64,000 nt of DNA from an uncultured delta proteobacterium (lineage in GTDB: Bacteria > Desulfobacterota > Desulfomonilia > Desulfomonilales > Desulfomonilaceae). This document shows positions 42,325 through 51,874 of the stretch, piece by piece. Under the pieces are notes generated by a model that ran no database searches, was not told the origin of the DNA, and worked only from the letters and a program-made list of their open reading frames with translations. A program made the position numbers and the translations under genes. Location: positions 608,001 through 672,000 of the forward strand of contig CAWBKB010000003.1 in assembly GCA_963789265.1 (NCBI GenBank), written 5' to 3'. Each line of letters begins with the position of its first letter. Within the stretch, counting starts at the first letter, position 1.

Positions 42325-43684
42325 ATGACAACCAAAGCCTTTGAAATAAATTTTGACGGGCTGGTCGGTCCAACCCACAATTATGCCGGTCTCTCCTACG
42401 GGAATGTTGCCAGCATGAAACATGGTCTGACAGTTTCCAACCCAAAGGCAGCGGTGATTCAAGGACTTGACAAGATGAAGCTTTTGCTGGATCTTGGCCT
42501 GATTCAGGGAGTGCTGCCGCCTCATGAACGACCGGATATAAAAACACTCGGGCGTTTGGGCTTTGAAGGCTCGGACGATCAAATCTTGTCCGCGGCGGCA
42601 ATTAACGCTCCGTTCCTGCTGGCAGCCTGCTATAGCGCCTCAAGCATGTGGGCGGCCAATGCTGCCACTGTTTCGCCTAGCACCGATACAGCCGACGGCT
42701 TGGTTCATTTCACCCCGGCCAATCTAGTGAGCCAATTCCACCGGTCCCTCGAGCCCGAATTCACAGGTTTCTCTGCTCAAAAGGATTTTCAGTGATGAGA
42801 CGGCATTTGTTCATCATCGTCCCCTGCCTTTCGCTGCACACTTGTCTGACGAGGGGGCAGCCAATCATGTTCGTCTTTGCAGTCACTACGGAGAGCCAGG
42901 CATCGAGCTGTTCGTTTATGGAAGGAAGTCCTTTGACAGCTCCGACGGACAGCCTCGAGTTTTCCCGGCCCGGCAGACGCTGGAGGCCTCATCCGCTATA
43001 GCGAGACTGCACCGACTGGATCGCTCCAGGATGATCTTTGCTCGACAAAATCCGTCGGCAGTCGATGCCGGCGTATTTCACAACGATGTCATATCGGTTG
43101 GGAACGAAAATGTCTTTTTCTACCACGCACAAGCATTTGCCGATCCCGGGTCGATCATAAGAGAACTGAAGAACAAGTTTCGTGACTGTTGCAACGCGGC
43201 ATTGACGGCAATAGAAGTGTCATCGGACCAGGTATCCCTAAAGGACGCGGTAGAGTCGTTCCTCTTCAACAGTCAGTTGGTGACCCTACCCGACGAGACA
43301 ATGTGCTTGATCGCACCGTTAGAATGTGCCGAAAATAGGAAAACGGAGAGTCTGCTGCTGCAAATTGTCGCGGACACCGGCAATCACATCCAACATCTTC
43401 ACTATGCTGATATTCGCCAAAGCATGAAGAATGGCGGGGGGCCGGCATGCTTGAGACTCCGGGTGGTCCTCACGGAACGAGAAAAGGAGCTCGTGAACCC
43501 GGGTACCTACCTGACCGAGACGCTTTATAATAATTTGAGAGCCTGGGCAAATCGCTATTATCGGGATCGGCTGGAACCTGGGGATCTGACCGATCCGGCC
43601 CTCGTAAAGGAGACCAAGACCGCACTGGACGCGCTGACTCAGCTTCTGGATTTGGGATCTCTCTACAGTTTTCAAAAGGAATAA
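42325..43684 (+). CDS. astB: N-succinylarginine dihydrolase (frameshift near 42770)
   Basis: [63 protein letters not shown]. Confidence 0.95.
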
Positions 43685-43766
43685 TCGTGGCGATCCCCGA
43701 AAACCCGTTGAAGTTCGCTAAGTGACCCCAAACATCCGGATATGCCACTCATATAACCCTGAATTG

Positions 43767-44759
43767 TCATCTAGGATGCAATTTGAGTCTCTGGACCAAT
43801 CTCTCCACAATTTTATCAGCGAGAGTATCCATGAACTTGCCGGAAAGTTTTTCTACTACCTTGTCCACAATTTCATCGGCAATGGGTTCGCTGGAATCTT
43901 CCGTGCACACGACCACCGTGGAACCGCCGCTGAAATCTGCCACCACATCCCTTACCGGGCTCTCCAGGGTGCCCCCTTCCTGTGACGAGGCAAACCGGTT
44001 GGGCTGTGCCGGCTGGTTGGCTTGGCCCATGGGAACTTCACTTGCTGCACGGTCATTAGCCCTTATCGGTCGCTGAAGCGATTCTTCACGCAGCGATTTG
44101 GCAATGGCCCTGCTCTTCGATAAAATTCCGCCATCGTGGAGGTCCAGGTTTTCAAAGTCTTTTAAGTCGTAGCAGAAATCCGAGTTGATGTACTTGACAC
44201 GACATTCGACGCAATGTGACGGGATTTTGCAATTAACCGTCCCGGGGAGCCTCAGAACCGAATCAATGTCGACTTCGGTTTCGCACTGGAAGTAACTGTT
44301 AATTTTCCTAAGCAGGTTTTCCACGGATGCGGGATCGGTTATTTGGGTCACTTCCTTGAGGAGCCAATATAAGTGAACCCCCCAACCTGATTCCACAATG
44401 ATGGATGGAGGCAATGGAAAACTTCTGATCGCCTTGGCCGCATGAGAGTGCCCGAAAAAAAATCGATGCCTGCCCGAATAGCCTTCGGAGGTGAGATCCA
44501 TGCCGGCCCAGAGCGCAACCAGGTAGCGAATATGCCTTGAGTCGGGCTTCATACTTTCTCTGGGGCATACCCCAAAGTATACGTGCTGCTCTTCTTGATA
44601 CTGTTCCCGCGATAGTAATTCAAGGTTAGGGAAGAAGCGGGTGCTGATTTTGTGGTCCAGATGCCTGACGGCCCTGACTAGTATGAAGCCCTCACGCTTC
44701 GTGAAATATCGGTGGAAGAGTGCGTAAAGAAAGTCTTTCCTGGTAAGTCTGCCGCGCAT
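43767..44759 (-). CDS. RepB/AEP primase-fold protein, catalytic motif degenerate, low-complexity C-terminus
   Basis: VYFGVCPR, ALWAGMD (DxD position), PPSIIVESGWGVHLYWLL, VLRLPGTVNCK; GAGGA RBS before ATG 44759. Confidence 0.75.
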   Translation of the reverse strand: MRGRLTRKDFLYALFHRYFTKREGFILVRAVRHLDHKISTRFFPNLELLSREQYQEEQHVYFGVCPRESMKPDSRHIRYLVALWAGMDLTSEGYSGRHRFFFGHSHAAKAIRSFPLPPSIIVESGWGVHLYWLLKEVTQITDPASVENLLRKINSYFQCETEVDIDSVLRLPGTVNCKIPSHCVECRVKYINSDFCYDLKDFENLDLHDGGILSKSRAIAKSLREESLQRPIRANDRAASEVPMGQANQPAQPNRFASSQEGGTLESPVRDVVADFSGGSTVVVCTEDSSEPIADEIVDKVVEKLSGKFMDTLADKIVERLVQRLKLHPR

Positions 44760-44798
44760 AAAAGTCCTCAGGTTGGCGCAAGTGACCATTTTGGCGAC

Positions 44799-44827
44799 AT
44801 TTTATTTCGCATATCGTAAAATGTCAA
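44799..44827 (-). promoter_or_regulatory. sigma70 promoter of the primase-fold gene
   Basis: Minus strand TTGACA-17 nt-TAAAAT. Confidence 0.7.
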
Positions 44828-45013
44828 CAATTACTCAATAAAATAAAGTACCTACTTTTTGAAGCTTGCCACAACTAGCCCGACTCGGCTCCGGAAGCGG
44901 CAAAATGGCTTTGTTCCGCCCCGTCTGGACAGGGTCCGAATATTGTGGTAGGAGATCGGAAGCGTTTCATCCCCTTGAAAGACCAAGGCTTGTATTGACG
45001 AAGGAGGCAAAGG

Positions 45014-45370
45014 ATGAAAAGAATTATTCTGGTTATTGCTGTGGTGGTATCGCTTGGTATTGTGTGCGGTATCTCTGCGCCACCGGCTTCTGCCTTTTGC
45101 TTAGGCGGAAATGGACTAGGTGGACTAGGCGGAAATGGACTAGGTGGACTAGGTGGACTAGGCGGACTATTTGGATCGTTTTGGGGCGGGACCACGTCCA
45201 ATTGCGGCTATGGCCATGGCTATGGTTATGGTGGTTATGGCTATGGTGGCTATGGTTACGGCTACGGAGTTCCCTATTACGGGGGGTATGGCTGTTGCCC
45301 ACCTCACCCTGGCAAAGTGTGGAAAAAAAGAGCCAAAGCGCATATGAAGAAAATGAAGAAAATGAAATAG
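45014..45370 (+). CDS. Secreted Gly/Tyr-rich protein with Lys-rich tail
   Basis: AGGAGG RBS, signal peptide (ASA), GGL and GYG repeats, CCPP, KKMKKMK. Confidence 0.7.
   Translation: MKRIILVIAVVVSLGIVCGISAPPASAFCLGGNGLGGLGGNGLGGLGGLGGLFGSFWGGTTSNCGYGHGYGYGGYGYGGYGYGYGVPYYGGYGCCPPHPGKVWKKRAKAHMKKMKKMK
45102..45168 (+). repeat. 9-bp/24-bp tandem repeats encoding GGL/GGNGL
   Basis: TAGGCGGAAATGGACTAGGTGGAC twice, then further TAGGTGGAC units. Confidence 0.8.
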
Positions 45371-45488
45371 CGACTGATTGCGAACGTACCCGGTCGAACG
45401 AGAACAGTTTAGAGTTTTCTGTTCCCACAGCTCTTTCAAGGGGATGAAGTCTCGCTGCTGCGGCCTGTGAGCCTGAAAGCTCACGGCT

Positions 45489-47189
45489 TCAGCGGGAATC
45501 CAGACCATGAATGGTCTCTTCAATTACAGAGACCCCGGAATCCAACGTGGCTGCGTCGAAGGCAAATTTTGCCCCCGCAGCCGCGAACAGAGCCGGTAGA
45601 GAGACCGTGCCTCCCAAAGCCAAGGCACGACGATAAGCCGCGACTCCGCCCTTCCGATCCGTCGAGGCATTTTTCCAGACCTGAACTGCACCCAGTTGCG
45701 CCAACCCATATTCAACGTAATAAAATGGGACAGTATGGATGTGAAGTTTCCGGTGCCAGCCGGAAGCTAGTTCCTGCTCCAGGCCGGTCCAATCCAACCA
45801 GGGCATGAAACGCTCGCATATATGCTTCCATTGAGCGTCACAACTGCCAGGCCGCCGCGCCTCCGAGAGATTCTCATAGACCCAGTGCTGAAAGGCGTCC
45901 ACCACAGCCATGAACGGCCAGAACAGAATCGACCGTTCCAGTTGTTCCACCCGCGCGCGTGCTGCATCGGCACTGGAATAGAAGCCGCCATCTTCAGTAG
46001 CCAGGTATGGTGAGGCCAGCAGTTCCATCGCCATGGATGCAACCTCGGAAAATTCCATTCCTACCTGTCGCTGCTGATAATAGGGCAGCCCGTTTCTTTC
46101 GAACGTGTGAAAGGCGTGGCCGGATTCATGCATCAAGGTTTGGACGTCATCGTGAATACCCACCGAATTCATGAATATGAACGGCCTTTTGGACATGGCA
46201 AATTCAGTGCAATAACCACCGGGAGCCTTGTTTTTCCGATTGTCCAAGTCCAGTAGGCTCTCCTGAACCATGGTGTCAAAGTAGCCTCCCAACTCCGGAT
46301 CGAGGCGGTGAAAAATCGTCGCAACTCCGGTCTGAAGCTCCGCGACATCATGGAAGGGAGTCAAAGGTGGTCTCCCCAACGTGTCCACTTCCAGGTCCCA
46401 GGGGCGAAGTTTTGGAAGTCTCAGAAGCTTCCGTCGCCGCTCACAAATGCGAGTTGCTGCCGGAACCACGACCTTCTCAATCGCATCATGGAAGCTTTTG
46501 CAATCCTCGGGGGTATAATCGAAGCGGAGCAGTTGTTTCCATCGGTACGATCTATAGTCATCGAAGCCGGCATTTGTTGCGAGCTTTTCTCGGAGGTTGA
46601 TGAACTCCTCCCAGAGGGCGTCAATCGATTCACGATCTTCCAACTGTCGTTGCGCGGCAAGGCGCCACGCGGATTCTCGGAGAGGCCGATCAATGTTCTG
46701 GAACACCGGCCTCAATTGAACGACGGTGACTTCCCTGCCCTCCCACTCCACTGTCTGGGCACCGATGATCTTGTCATACTCCATACAGAGCTTGTGTTCG
46801 CGGATCAGTAGAGGGAGGTTTTCTTCCAGGTATATCTGAGCCTCGGTGCGGATTTTGAGCAGAGGCACTTCAAAGCCGGCTGGTACCGAGTCCCGGGTCA
46901 AGAGCTTATGTTTCAGCTTTTGCTCGGCATCCTCGGAACGAGGATAAACTTCGTCCAGGAAGGCGTGATACCGTTGCTTAGCATTCTCGTCGGCTGTGTT
47001 GACTGTCGTCGCGACGTGCAGACGGCTGTAGCATTCGTCGATTACCTCGCTGAGACGGGTCCAGTCGGCAAGAAACTCGGCAACGGATTCAGAGGAGAGC
47101 GGGCGCCGGATAAGATCGGCGTAGTATGGTTCGAAGTAAGCCCATGACCAATCTATGAGTTCTCTTCGCATCCTTGGGCAAGGAGTCAA
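45489..47189 (-). CDS. M3 family oligoendopeptidase
   Basis: KAPGGYC, HESGH, EVASMAMEL, PFYYVEY. Confidence 0.92.
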   Translation of the reverse strand: MTPCPRMRRELIDWSWAYFEPYYADLIRRPLSSESVAEFLADWTRLSEVIDECYSRLHVATTVNTADENAKQRYHAFLDEVYPRSEDAEQKLKHKLLTRDSVPAGFEVPLLKIRTEAQIYLEENLPLLIREHKLCMEYDKIIGAQTVEWEGREVTVVQLRPVFQNIDRPLRESAWRLAAQRQLEDRESIDALWEEFINLREKLATNAGFDDYRSYRWKQLLRFDYTPEDCKSFHDAIEKVVVPAATRICERRRKLLRLPKLRPWDLEVDTLGRPPLTPFHDVAELQTGVATIFHRLDPELGGYFDTMVQESLLDLDNRKNKAPGGYCTEFAMSKRPFIFMNSVGIHDDVQTLMHESGHAFHTFERNGLPYYQQRQVGMEFSEVASMAMELLASPYLATEDGGFYSSADAARARVEQLERSILFWPFMAVVDAFQHWVYENLSEARRPGSCDAQWKHICERFMPWLDWTGLEQELASGWHRKLHIHTVPFYYVEYGLAQLGAVQVWKNASTDRKGGVAAYRRALALGGTVSLPALFAAAGAKFAFDAATLDSGVSVIEETIHGLDSR

Positions 47190-47207
47190 ACACGGCGACC
47201 TCCATTA

Positions 47208-47394
47208 TCCACCGCAGAGCACGTCGAGAACGCGGAGAGAAAAAATAGCGTAAGCAGGATCAGATTGGCAATCGGGCACCTTGCCCGGCTCACGTAGATC
47301 GGTAACTGGATATTCTCGAATCCGCCGAATCGCGTGCTAGCGAAGAACTGGGGGGAACGGCTTTCTCTCCGTTCTCCGCGATCTCCGCGGTGGA
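47208..47394. repeat. MITE-like element with imperfect approximately 33-bp terminal inverted repeats
   Basis: TCCACCGCAGAGCACGTCGAGAACGCGGAGAGAAA ... TTTCTCTCCGTTCTCCGCGATCTCCGCGGTGGA. Confidence 0.65.
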
Positions 47395-47405
47395 ATATAA
47401 CACTA

Positions 47406-47660
47406 TCAGTTTTCCTCCTTGTGTGAAATGACTTCTTTAGCAGCCGTAAGGATGCCCCCCCCGGTCAGAACATTTTGTCGCTTCAGGTCCGTGACGTGGT
47501 CCTTGAAGTATTGCGTATAATAATGATCGGGCCCGAACTCGTCGGCCAGAAACTCGAATGCCTCCTTTTTCCATTGGTAGACGGCCCTGATGTCTAAGTC
47601 TTCTTCTATTACGTTCCACGCTGCTTCGATCAAATTGTCGATTTTCCTAACAGACGTCAT
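47406..47660 (-). CDS. Hypothetical small protein (84 aa)
   Basis: GGAGGGG RBS before MTSVRKIDNLIEAAW... Confidence 0.6.
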   Translation of the reverse strand: MTSVRKIDNLIEAAWNVIEEDLDIRAVYQWKKEAFEFLADEFGPDHYYTQYFKDHVTDLKRQNVLTGGGILTAAKEVISHKEEN

Positions 47661-47898
47661 GGCCCCTCCAGTCTCTTCGGCCCTAAGAACACAAGGCCGG
47701 AATCCGTTAAGGGCAAACTTCAATAAAAGTATACAAACCGGTCGACTCATTCTGGCATTGTGACGTTCAATAGGCGTTCAAGCGGTTCCTACTAAATTTT
47801 GTCGCGGTTTGTCTCACTGAAATCCCTCTCCCTTAACATTAGTGCCAAGAGGGTACTAGCTTGTTGGTAGCGTTCCACCATGTTTCTCTATTGTGACA

Positions 47899-47915
47899 AG
47901 CAATGGTCGTGCCAA
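47899..47915 (-). promoter_or_regulatory. sigma54 (-24/-12) promoter
   Basis: Minus strand TTGGCACGACCATTGCT, consensus match. Confidence 0.8.
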
Positions 47916-47985
47916 ATAGTGTTAATGCGCGATAAAACAAAATTAATTACGGTGAAGGTATTTTGTAATCCACGAACAATAAGCT

Positions 47986-48041
47986 AAATATTTTCGCACT
48001 AATTTGTATATCAGGTGTGGTTGTGGGAAATATTTTCGCAC
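47986..48041. promoter_or_regulatory. Tandem operator / upstream activator sites
   Basis: AAATATTTTCGCAC at 47986 and 48028 (42-bp period), upstream of the sigma54 promoter across an AT-rich spacer. Confidence 0.6.
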
Positions 48042-48379
48042 CGCCGCTGACGATGTAAAGGGTCGTGGGACAATTCAGGTATGCCCGGCATCCGGAATCG
48101 ACCGAAATCATCCCGAATTCAAGTCAGGGACTTGCCCGTTCCCGATTTTTCTTGACGATCTGCATTGATCCGGCGTATCTGTTTAAGCGGTGCAGAAGTC
48201 ATTTCATCTTCGGACCCGGGTTTCATTGCTCCATCCAGGGTCTTGAACCGGGCCGCTTTTGGTTCCCATCGAACGCGGGACGGGCTGACAAGCGCCCGGG
48301 AATACAGCACAGATCGCCAAGGGCTCCGGTCAATCAAACGCTTAACCATCACGGTCTGCTCGACAAGGGAGGGAAGTTC

Positions 48380-51300
48380 ATGCAGGTGAGGATTCTACAA
48401 CTTCTCGGGGACACACTCCGTTTTCGTGACCAATCCTATAAAGAGCTTGCTTCGCGATCAATCGACGCGGATGAACTGAGCCGCTTGCTTCACGACGCCG
48501 AGCGGGACTATAAGCTGACCCACGGGACTCGGAAAGCCAACGTAACCGGTTTGGTGGAGCACGGCAGGCGGCTGTATCGCTGGCTCGACGGCACAGAGCA
48601 GTGGCTGGGCGGATTGCGCAAGGACGACAGTCTGGTCCTGCACATTGATGTTGAATCCAAGCTGCGCCTGCTCCCCTGGGAGTTGCTCTGCGAGGCCCAG
48701 TTCCTTTGTGCGAATCCTTACCACCTGTTCACCCCCGTGCACCGGGTGGGTCTAAAACACCAAACGTCATCACGCGCCCCAAAATCCGACCCTGCTCCTC
48801 AGAACCGGCCGTTACGCGTCCTGTTTATGGCAGCCTCGGCAGAAGGCGTTGAGCCGGAACTGCTCTTTGAGGAAGAGGAGAGAATGATCCTCGAGATTAC
48901 TCGTGACCAGCCAATAGATCTGGTGGTGGAAGAATCAGGTTGTTTGAAATGGTTGGCCAAACGGATCGCGGACAACTACCAGGGCCATTTTGATGTGGCC
49001 CACTTTACAGGCCATGCGCACCAGACCCCGGATGGTCCGAGATTCGTACTCGAAGACGAATTCGGCTGGCCGTACGAAGCCAATGCCAGGGAGATTGCCG
49101 ATGCCTTCCAGGGCAGGTATCCCCGACTGTTGTTCCTTTCCGGCTGCGAAACCGCCAGGCCCTCGCGGGCCGGCGATAAGCCCTCCCTGGCCGAGGAATT
49201 GATTAAGGCGGGCTTCCCCGCGGTGCTCGGCTGGGCTCTGCCGGTGGGCGATGTAGACGCGAGTAAGATTGCATCCGTGTTGTACGAGCGTCTCGCGGTC
49301 GGTGATCCGCTGGCCCGGGCAGTAGCTGCCGCGCGGCAGAAGCTCCTGGAGACAGGCTCGACCGACTGGCACCTCTTACGACTTTACGCGGACGACACAC
49401 CGTTGACGGCTCTGGTTACCCCAAAGAACACGCCGGCTCGGGAGCGGATAAAATCAAAAGCTGCCCGAGCTGAATTCCTCGATTTCGGCAGTAAGATGGA
49501 AGTTTGCTCCAGAGAGAATTTCGTCGGGCGGCGCAGACTGATTCAACGGGGTTTGCGAATTTTGGGTTCCACCCAGGGTCAGGAAAACTACGCAGAGGGT
49601 GCATTGCTGACCGGCATGGGCGGGCTGGGCAAATCCAGCTTAGCTGCTCGACTGGCCGATCGAATGCTGGATTTCCAGCGTGTGGTCATCGTGGGCGCCC
49701 TGGATGAGTCTGCGTTGCAGGCTGAATTGAGGCGACAGCTTCGCGATAAGGCAGTGCGAGAGGCGCTGGAGATGGAAGAGCCACTGGACCTGTGGCTTAT
49801 AGACATCCTGGATGCGGCTGAAAAGCCTATTCTGTTCATTTTTGACGATTTCGAGAAAAACCGGCAAGAGGATGACTTCGACGGCTTCCGGCCGACTCCT
49901 GTTGCTTCCACAATACTCCACGCGCTCGCTCGTGCGATCCGGGAGACTGCTTCACCCTGTAGAATAGTCGTTACCTGCCGCTATCGTTTCGAGTTGGCGC
50001 GGCCGTTCAGCCTCGGTGAAGTTCCACTGTTAACCATGCGGGATGTGGAGCTTCAAAAGAAGCTGCGTCTGCTGCGACAATTCCATCCGAAAATACGGGA
50101 GGAGCTTGAGCCGGAAGCCCTCGAGGTTGCCGCTGGAAACCCCCGATTATTGGATCGGCTGTATCCTCTGCTCAAAATCGGCAAAATTGACCCCGCAGGT
50201 ATCCTGAAGGAAATAGCCAAGGTTGACGCGGAGTTTCGAGAAGATGCCTTGCTTGAAACATTGGTGGCCGCTCAAACCCCTGGGGCCCGCCGACTGCTGG
50301 CAATCGCACTGCTCATCGGCATCCCGCTTTATGCCAAAGAGCTTACAGAAATCATCCCCGAACTTCGCAAGGAATATCTTGAGCAGACTACAGCAACCGG
50401 ACTGCTCGAACATTTTACCCTTATCGAAGACCAGCAGTGGTACTATGCTTCCCCGCTGCTGGCACCGTATCTGAAAGGAACGCTTAAGAAGAAGGAAGTG
50501 AACACAATCAGCGGCCTTGCCGCGCGGGTGCTGTACAAGACACGTTGGGAGGATGACGGGCAACTTAACGATGCAATAGCTCTAGTCACACGTGAACTAG
50601 CCCTGGCAGGTGGGGAGACCGACATAGCTGCCGCGATTGTTGAATGGCTCTGCCTGCGCTGGATCGACCGTGCCGCGTACCGGTCAGTTAAAGATCTCTG
50701 TGAAGATACCCTTAAATATCTGGAAGACTACCGTGTTCTACACGAATTGGCCCGGGCGGAAGTGGTACTTGGCGACACGGCCGAAGCAGAAGAGCACTAC
50801 AGGCTCGCACTCGCGGTTTGTCCGCCTGTCCGCCCCGATAGCCCGAATATTGAGCTTTCGGATCGCTCTGCACTTCTCCACAATCTCGCGGGACTGCGTC
50901 TGACGCTTGGGAATCCTGAGAAGGCCATGGACCTCTGGCAACAGTCTCTGGAGATCGAGGACCAGATCGGCAACCTACAGGGCAAGGCCGCTACCCTGCA
51001 CGAGATGGCTGGGGTCTTTGCGGACCAGGGGGAGATTAAGAGGGCCATGGAGCTTTGGCAGCAGTCTCTGGAGATTGCGGAGCAGATCGGCAACGTAGAG
51101 GGCAAGGCCGCTACCCTTAACAACATGGCGGGAGTCCTTGCGAATCAGGGAGAGATTGAGCAGGCCATGGGGCTCTGGCAGCAGTCTCTGGAGATTGCGG
51201 AGCAGATCGGCGACGTAGAGGGCAAGGCCGCTACCCTGCACAATATGGCGGGAGTCCTTGCGCAAAAGGGAGAGATTGAGCAGGCCATGGGGCTCTGGCA

Positions 51301-51874
51301 GCAGTCTATTGATATTGAAGAGCAGATCGGCAACCTAAAGGGCAAGGCCGCTACCCTGCACAATATGGCCTGGGCCGCAGGCCAACAGGACCTGGTGGAT
51401 GAAGAGATGAAGCTGTATGGAGAGGCCGCGGCGATCCTTGCCGGAATCCGTGCCTGGCCTGATTTAGTAACCGTGCTTGGCAACATGGGAGGGCACTTTG
51501 CCTTGCAGGCCCTGTGGCTGGGGCTCCGCGTCCTAATTCCCGCAGACGATCTGTTGGGATTGGGACAAACAGTGTTCATGGAATGGAAACCGGAATCTGA
51601 GGCCGCTCTGTTATTGGCAGCCGCCTTGCACTATTTGATTGTTACCCGTTATGAAGACCATCCAAAGCAGGACGAGTTGTCGAAATCAACGGCATCGCTC
51701 TTGGCTGCCTGTGCTGCGACAAAAGAAATCGCCCCTGAGCAGATCCAGAATTGGGTGGAGAGCGAACGATTAACTGATCCTGATTTCTTCATGCCTGCGT
51801 TGGATAAAGCCTTGCGGGAGAGGATACCTCAGGATTCATGGATGTTCGACACGGCGCTATTCGACACTGAATAG
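48380..51874 (+). CDS. CHAT (caspase-like) protease - STAND-type NTPase - TPR protein (1164 aa)
   Basis: LPWELL, HFTGH and LSGCET dyad motifs; FVGR, GMGGLGKS, FIFDDFE, VTCR, AGNP; 40-aa TPRs. GGAGG RBS before ATG 48380. Confidence 0.88.
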   Translation: MQVRILQLLGDTLRFRDQSYKELASRSIDADELSRLLHDAERDYKLTHGTRKANVTGLVEHGRRLYRWLDGTEQWLGGLRKDDSLVLHIDVESKLRLLPWELLCEAQFLCANPYHLFTPVHRVGLKHQTSSRAPKSDPAPQNRPLRVLFMAASAEGVEPELLFEEEERMILEITRDQPIDLVVEESGCLKWLAKRIADNYQGHFDVAHFTGHAHQTPDGPRFVLEDEFGWPYEANAREIADAFQGRYPRLLFLSGCETARPSRAGDKPSLAEELIKAGFPAVLGWALPVGDVDASKIASVLYERLAVGDPLARAVAAARQKLLETGSTDWHLLRLYADDTPLTALVTPKNTPARERIKSKAARAEFLDFGSKMEVCSRENFVGRRRLIQRGLRILGSTQGQENYAEGALLTGMGGLGKSSLAARLADRMLDFQRVVIVGALDESALQAELRRQLRDKAVREALEMEEPLDLWLIDILDAAEKPILFIFDDFEKNRQEDDFDGFRPTPVASTILHALARAIRETASPCRIVVTCRYRFELARPFSLGEVPLLTMRDVELQKKLRLLRQFHPKIREELEPEALEVAAGNPRLLDRLYPLLKIGKIDPAGILKEIAKVDAEFREDALLETLVAAQTPGARRLLAIALLIGIPLYAKELTEIIPELRKEYLEQTTATGLLEHFTLIEDQQWYYASPLLAPYLKGTLKKKEVNTISGLAARVLYKTRWEDDGQLNDAIALVTRELALAGGETDIAAAIVEWLCLRWIDRAAYRSVKDLCEDTLKYLEDYRVLHELARAEVVLGDTAEAEEHYRLALAVCPPVRPDSPNIELSDRSALLHNLAGLRLTLGNPEKAMDLWQQSLEIEDQIGNLQGKAATLHEMAGVFADQGEIKRAMELWQQSLEIAEQIGNVEGKAATLNNMAGVLANQGEIEQAMGLWQQSLEIAEQIGDVEGKAATLHNMAGVLAQKGEIEQAMGLWQQSIDIEEQIGNLKGKAATLHNMAWAAGQQDLVDEEMKLYGEAAAILAGIRAWPDLVTVLGNMGGHFALQALWLGLRVLIPADDLLGLGQTVFMEWKPESEAALLLAAALHYLIVTRYEDHPKQDELSKSTASLLAACAATKEIAPEQIQNWVESERLTDPDFFMPALDKALRERIPQDSWMFDTALFDTE
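50920..51370 (+). repeat. 120-bp tandem repeat (about 3.8 copies) encoding TPR units
   Basis: GGCCATGG...GGCAAGGCCGCTACCCT recurs every 120 nt with high nucleotide identity. Confidence 0.92.

Noticed and set aside
43767..44759. Prophage or plasmid replication module
   Set aside because: No integrase, helicase, att sites or other mobile genes around the primase-fold gene.
45014..47189. Gly/Cys-rich peptide plus M3 peptidase as a RiPP cluster
   Set aside because: The peptide has a Sec signal, the genes are convergent, and no modifying enzyme or exporter is adjacent.
48065..48379. 105-aa N-terminal extension of the CHAT protein
   Set aside because: Composition is non-protein-like and a good RBS precedes ATG 48380.
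50920..51370. Regularly spaced repeats as a CRISPR array or DGR template/variable repeat
   Set aside because: Units are contiguous, in-frame 120-bp coding repeats with no unique spacers; there is no cas or reverse transcriptase gene in the window.
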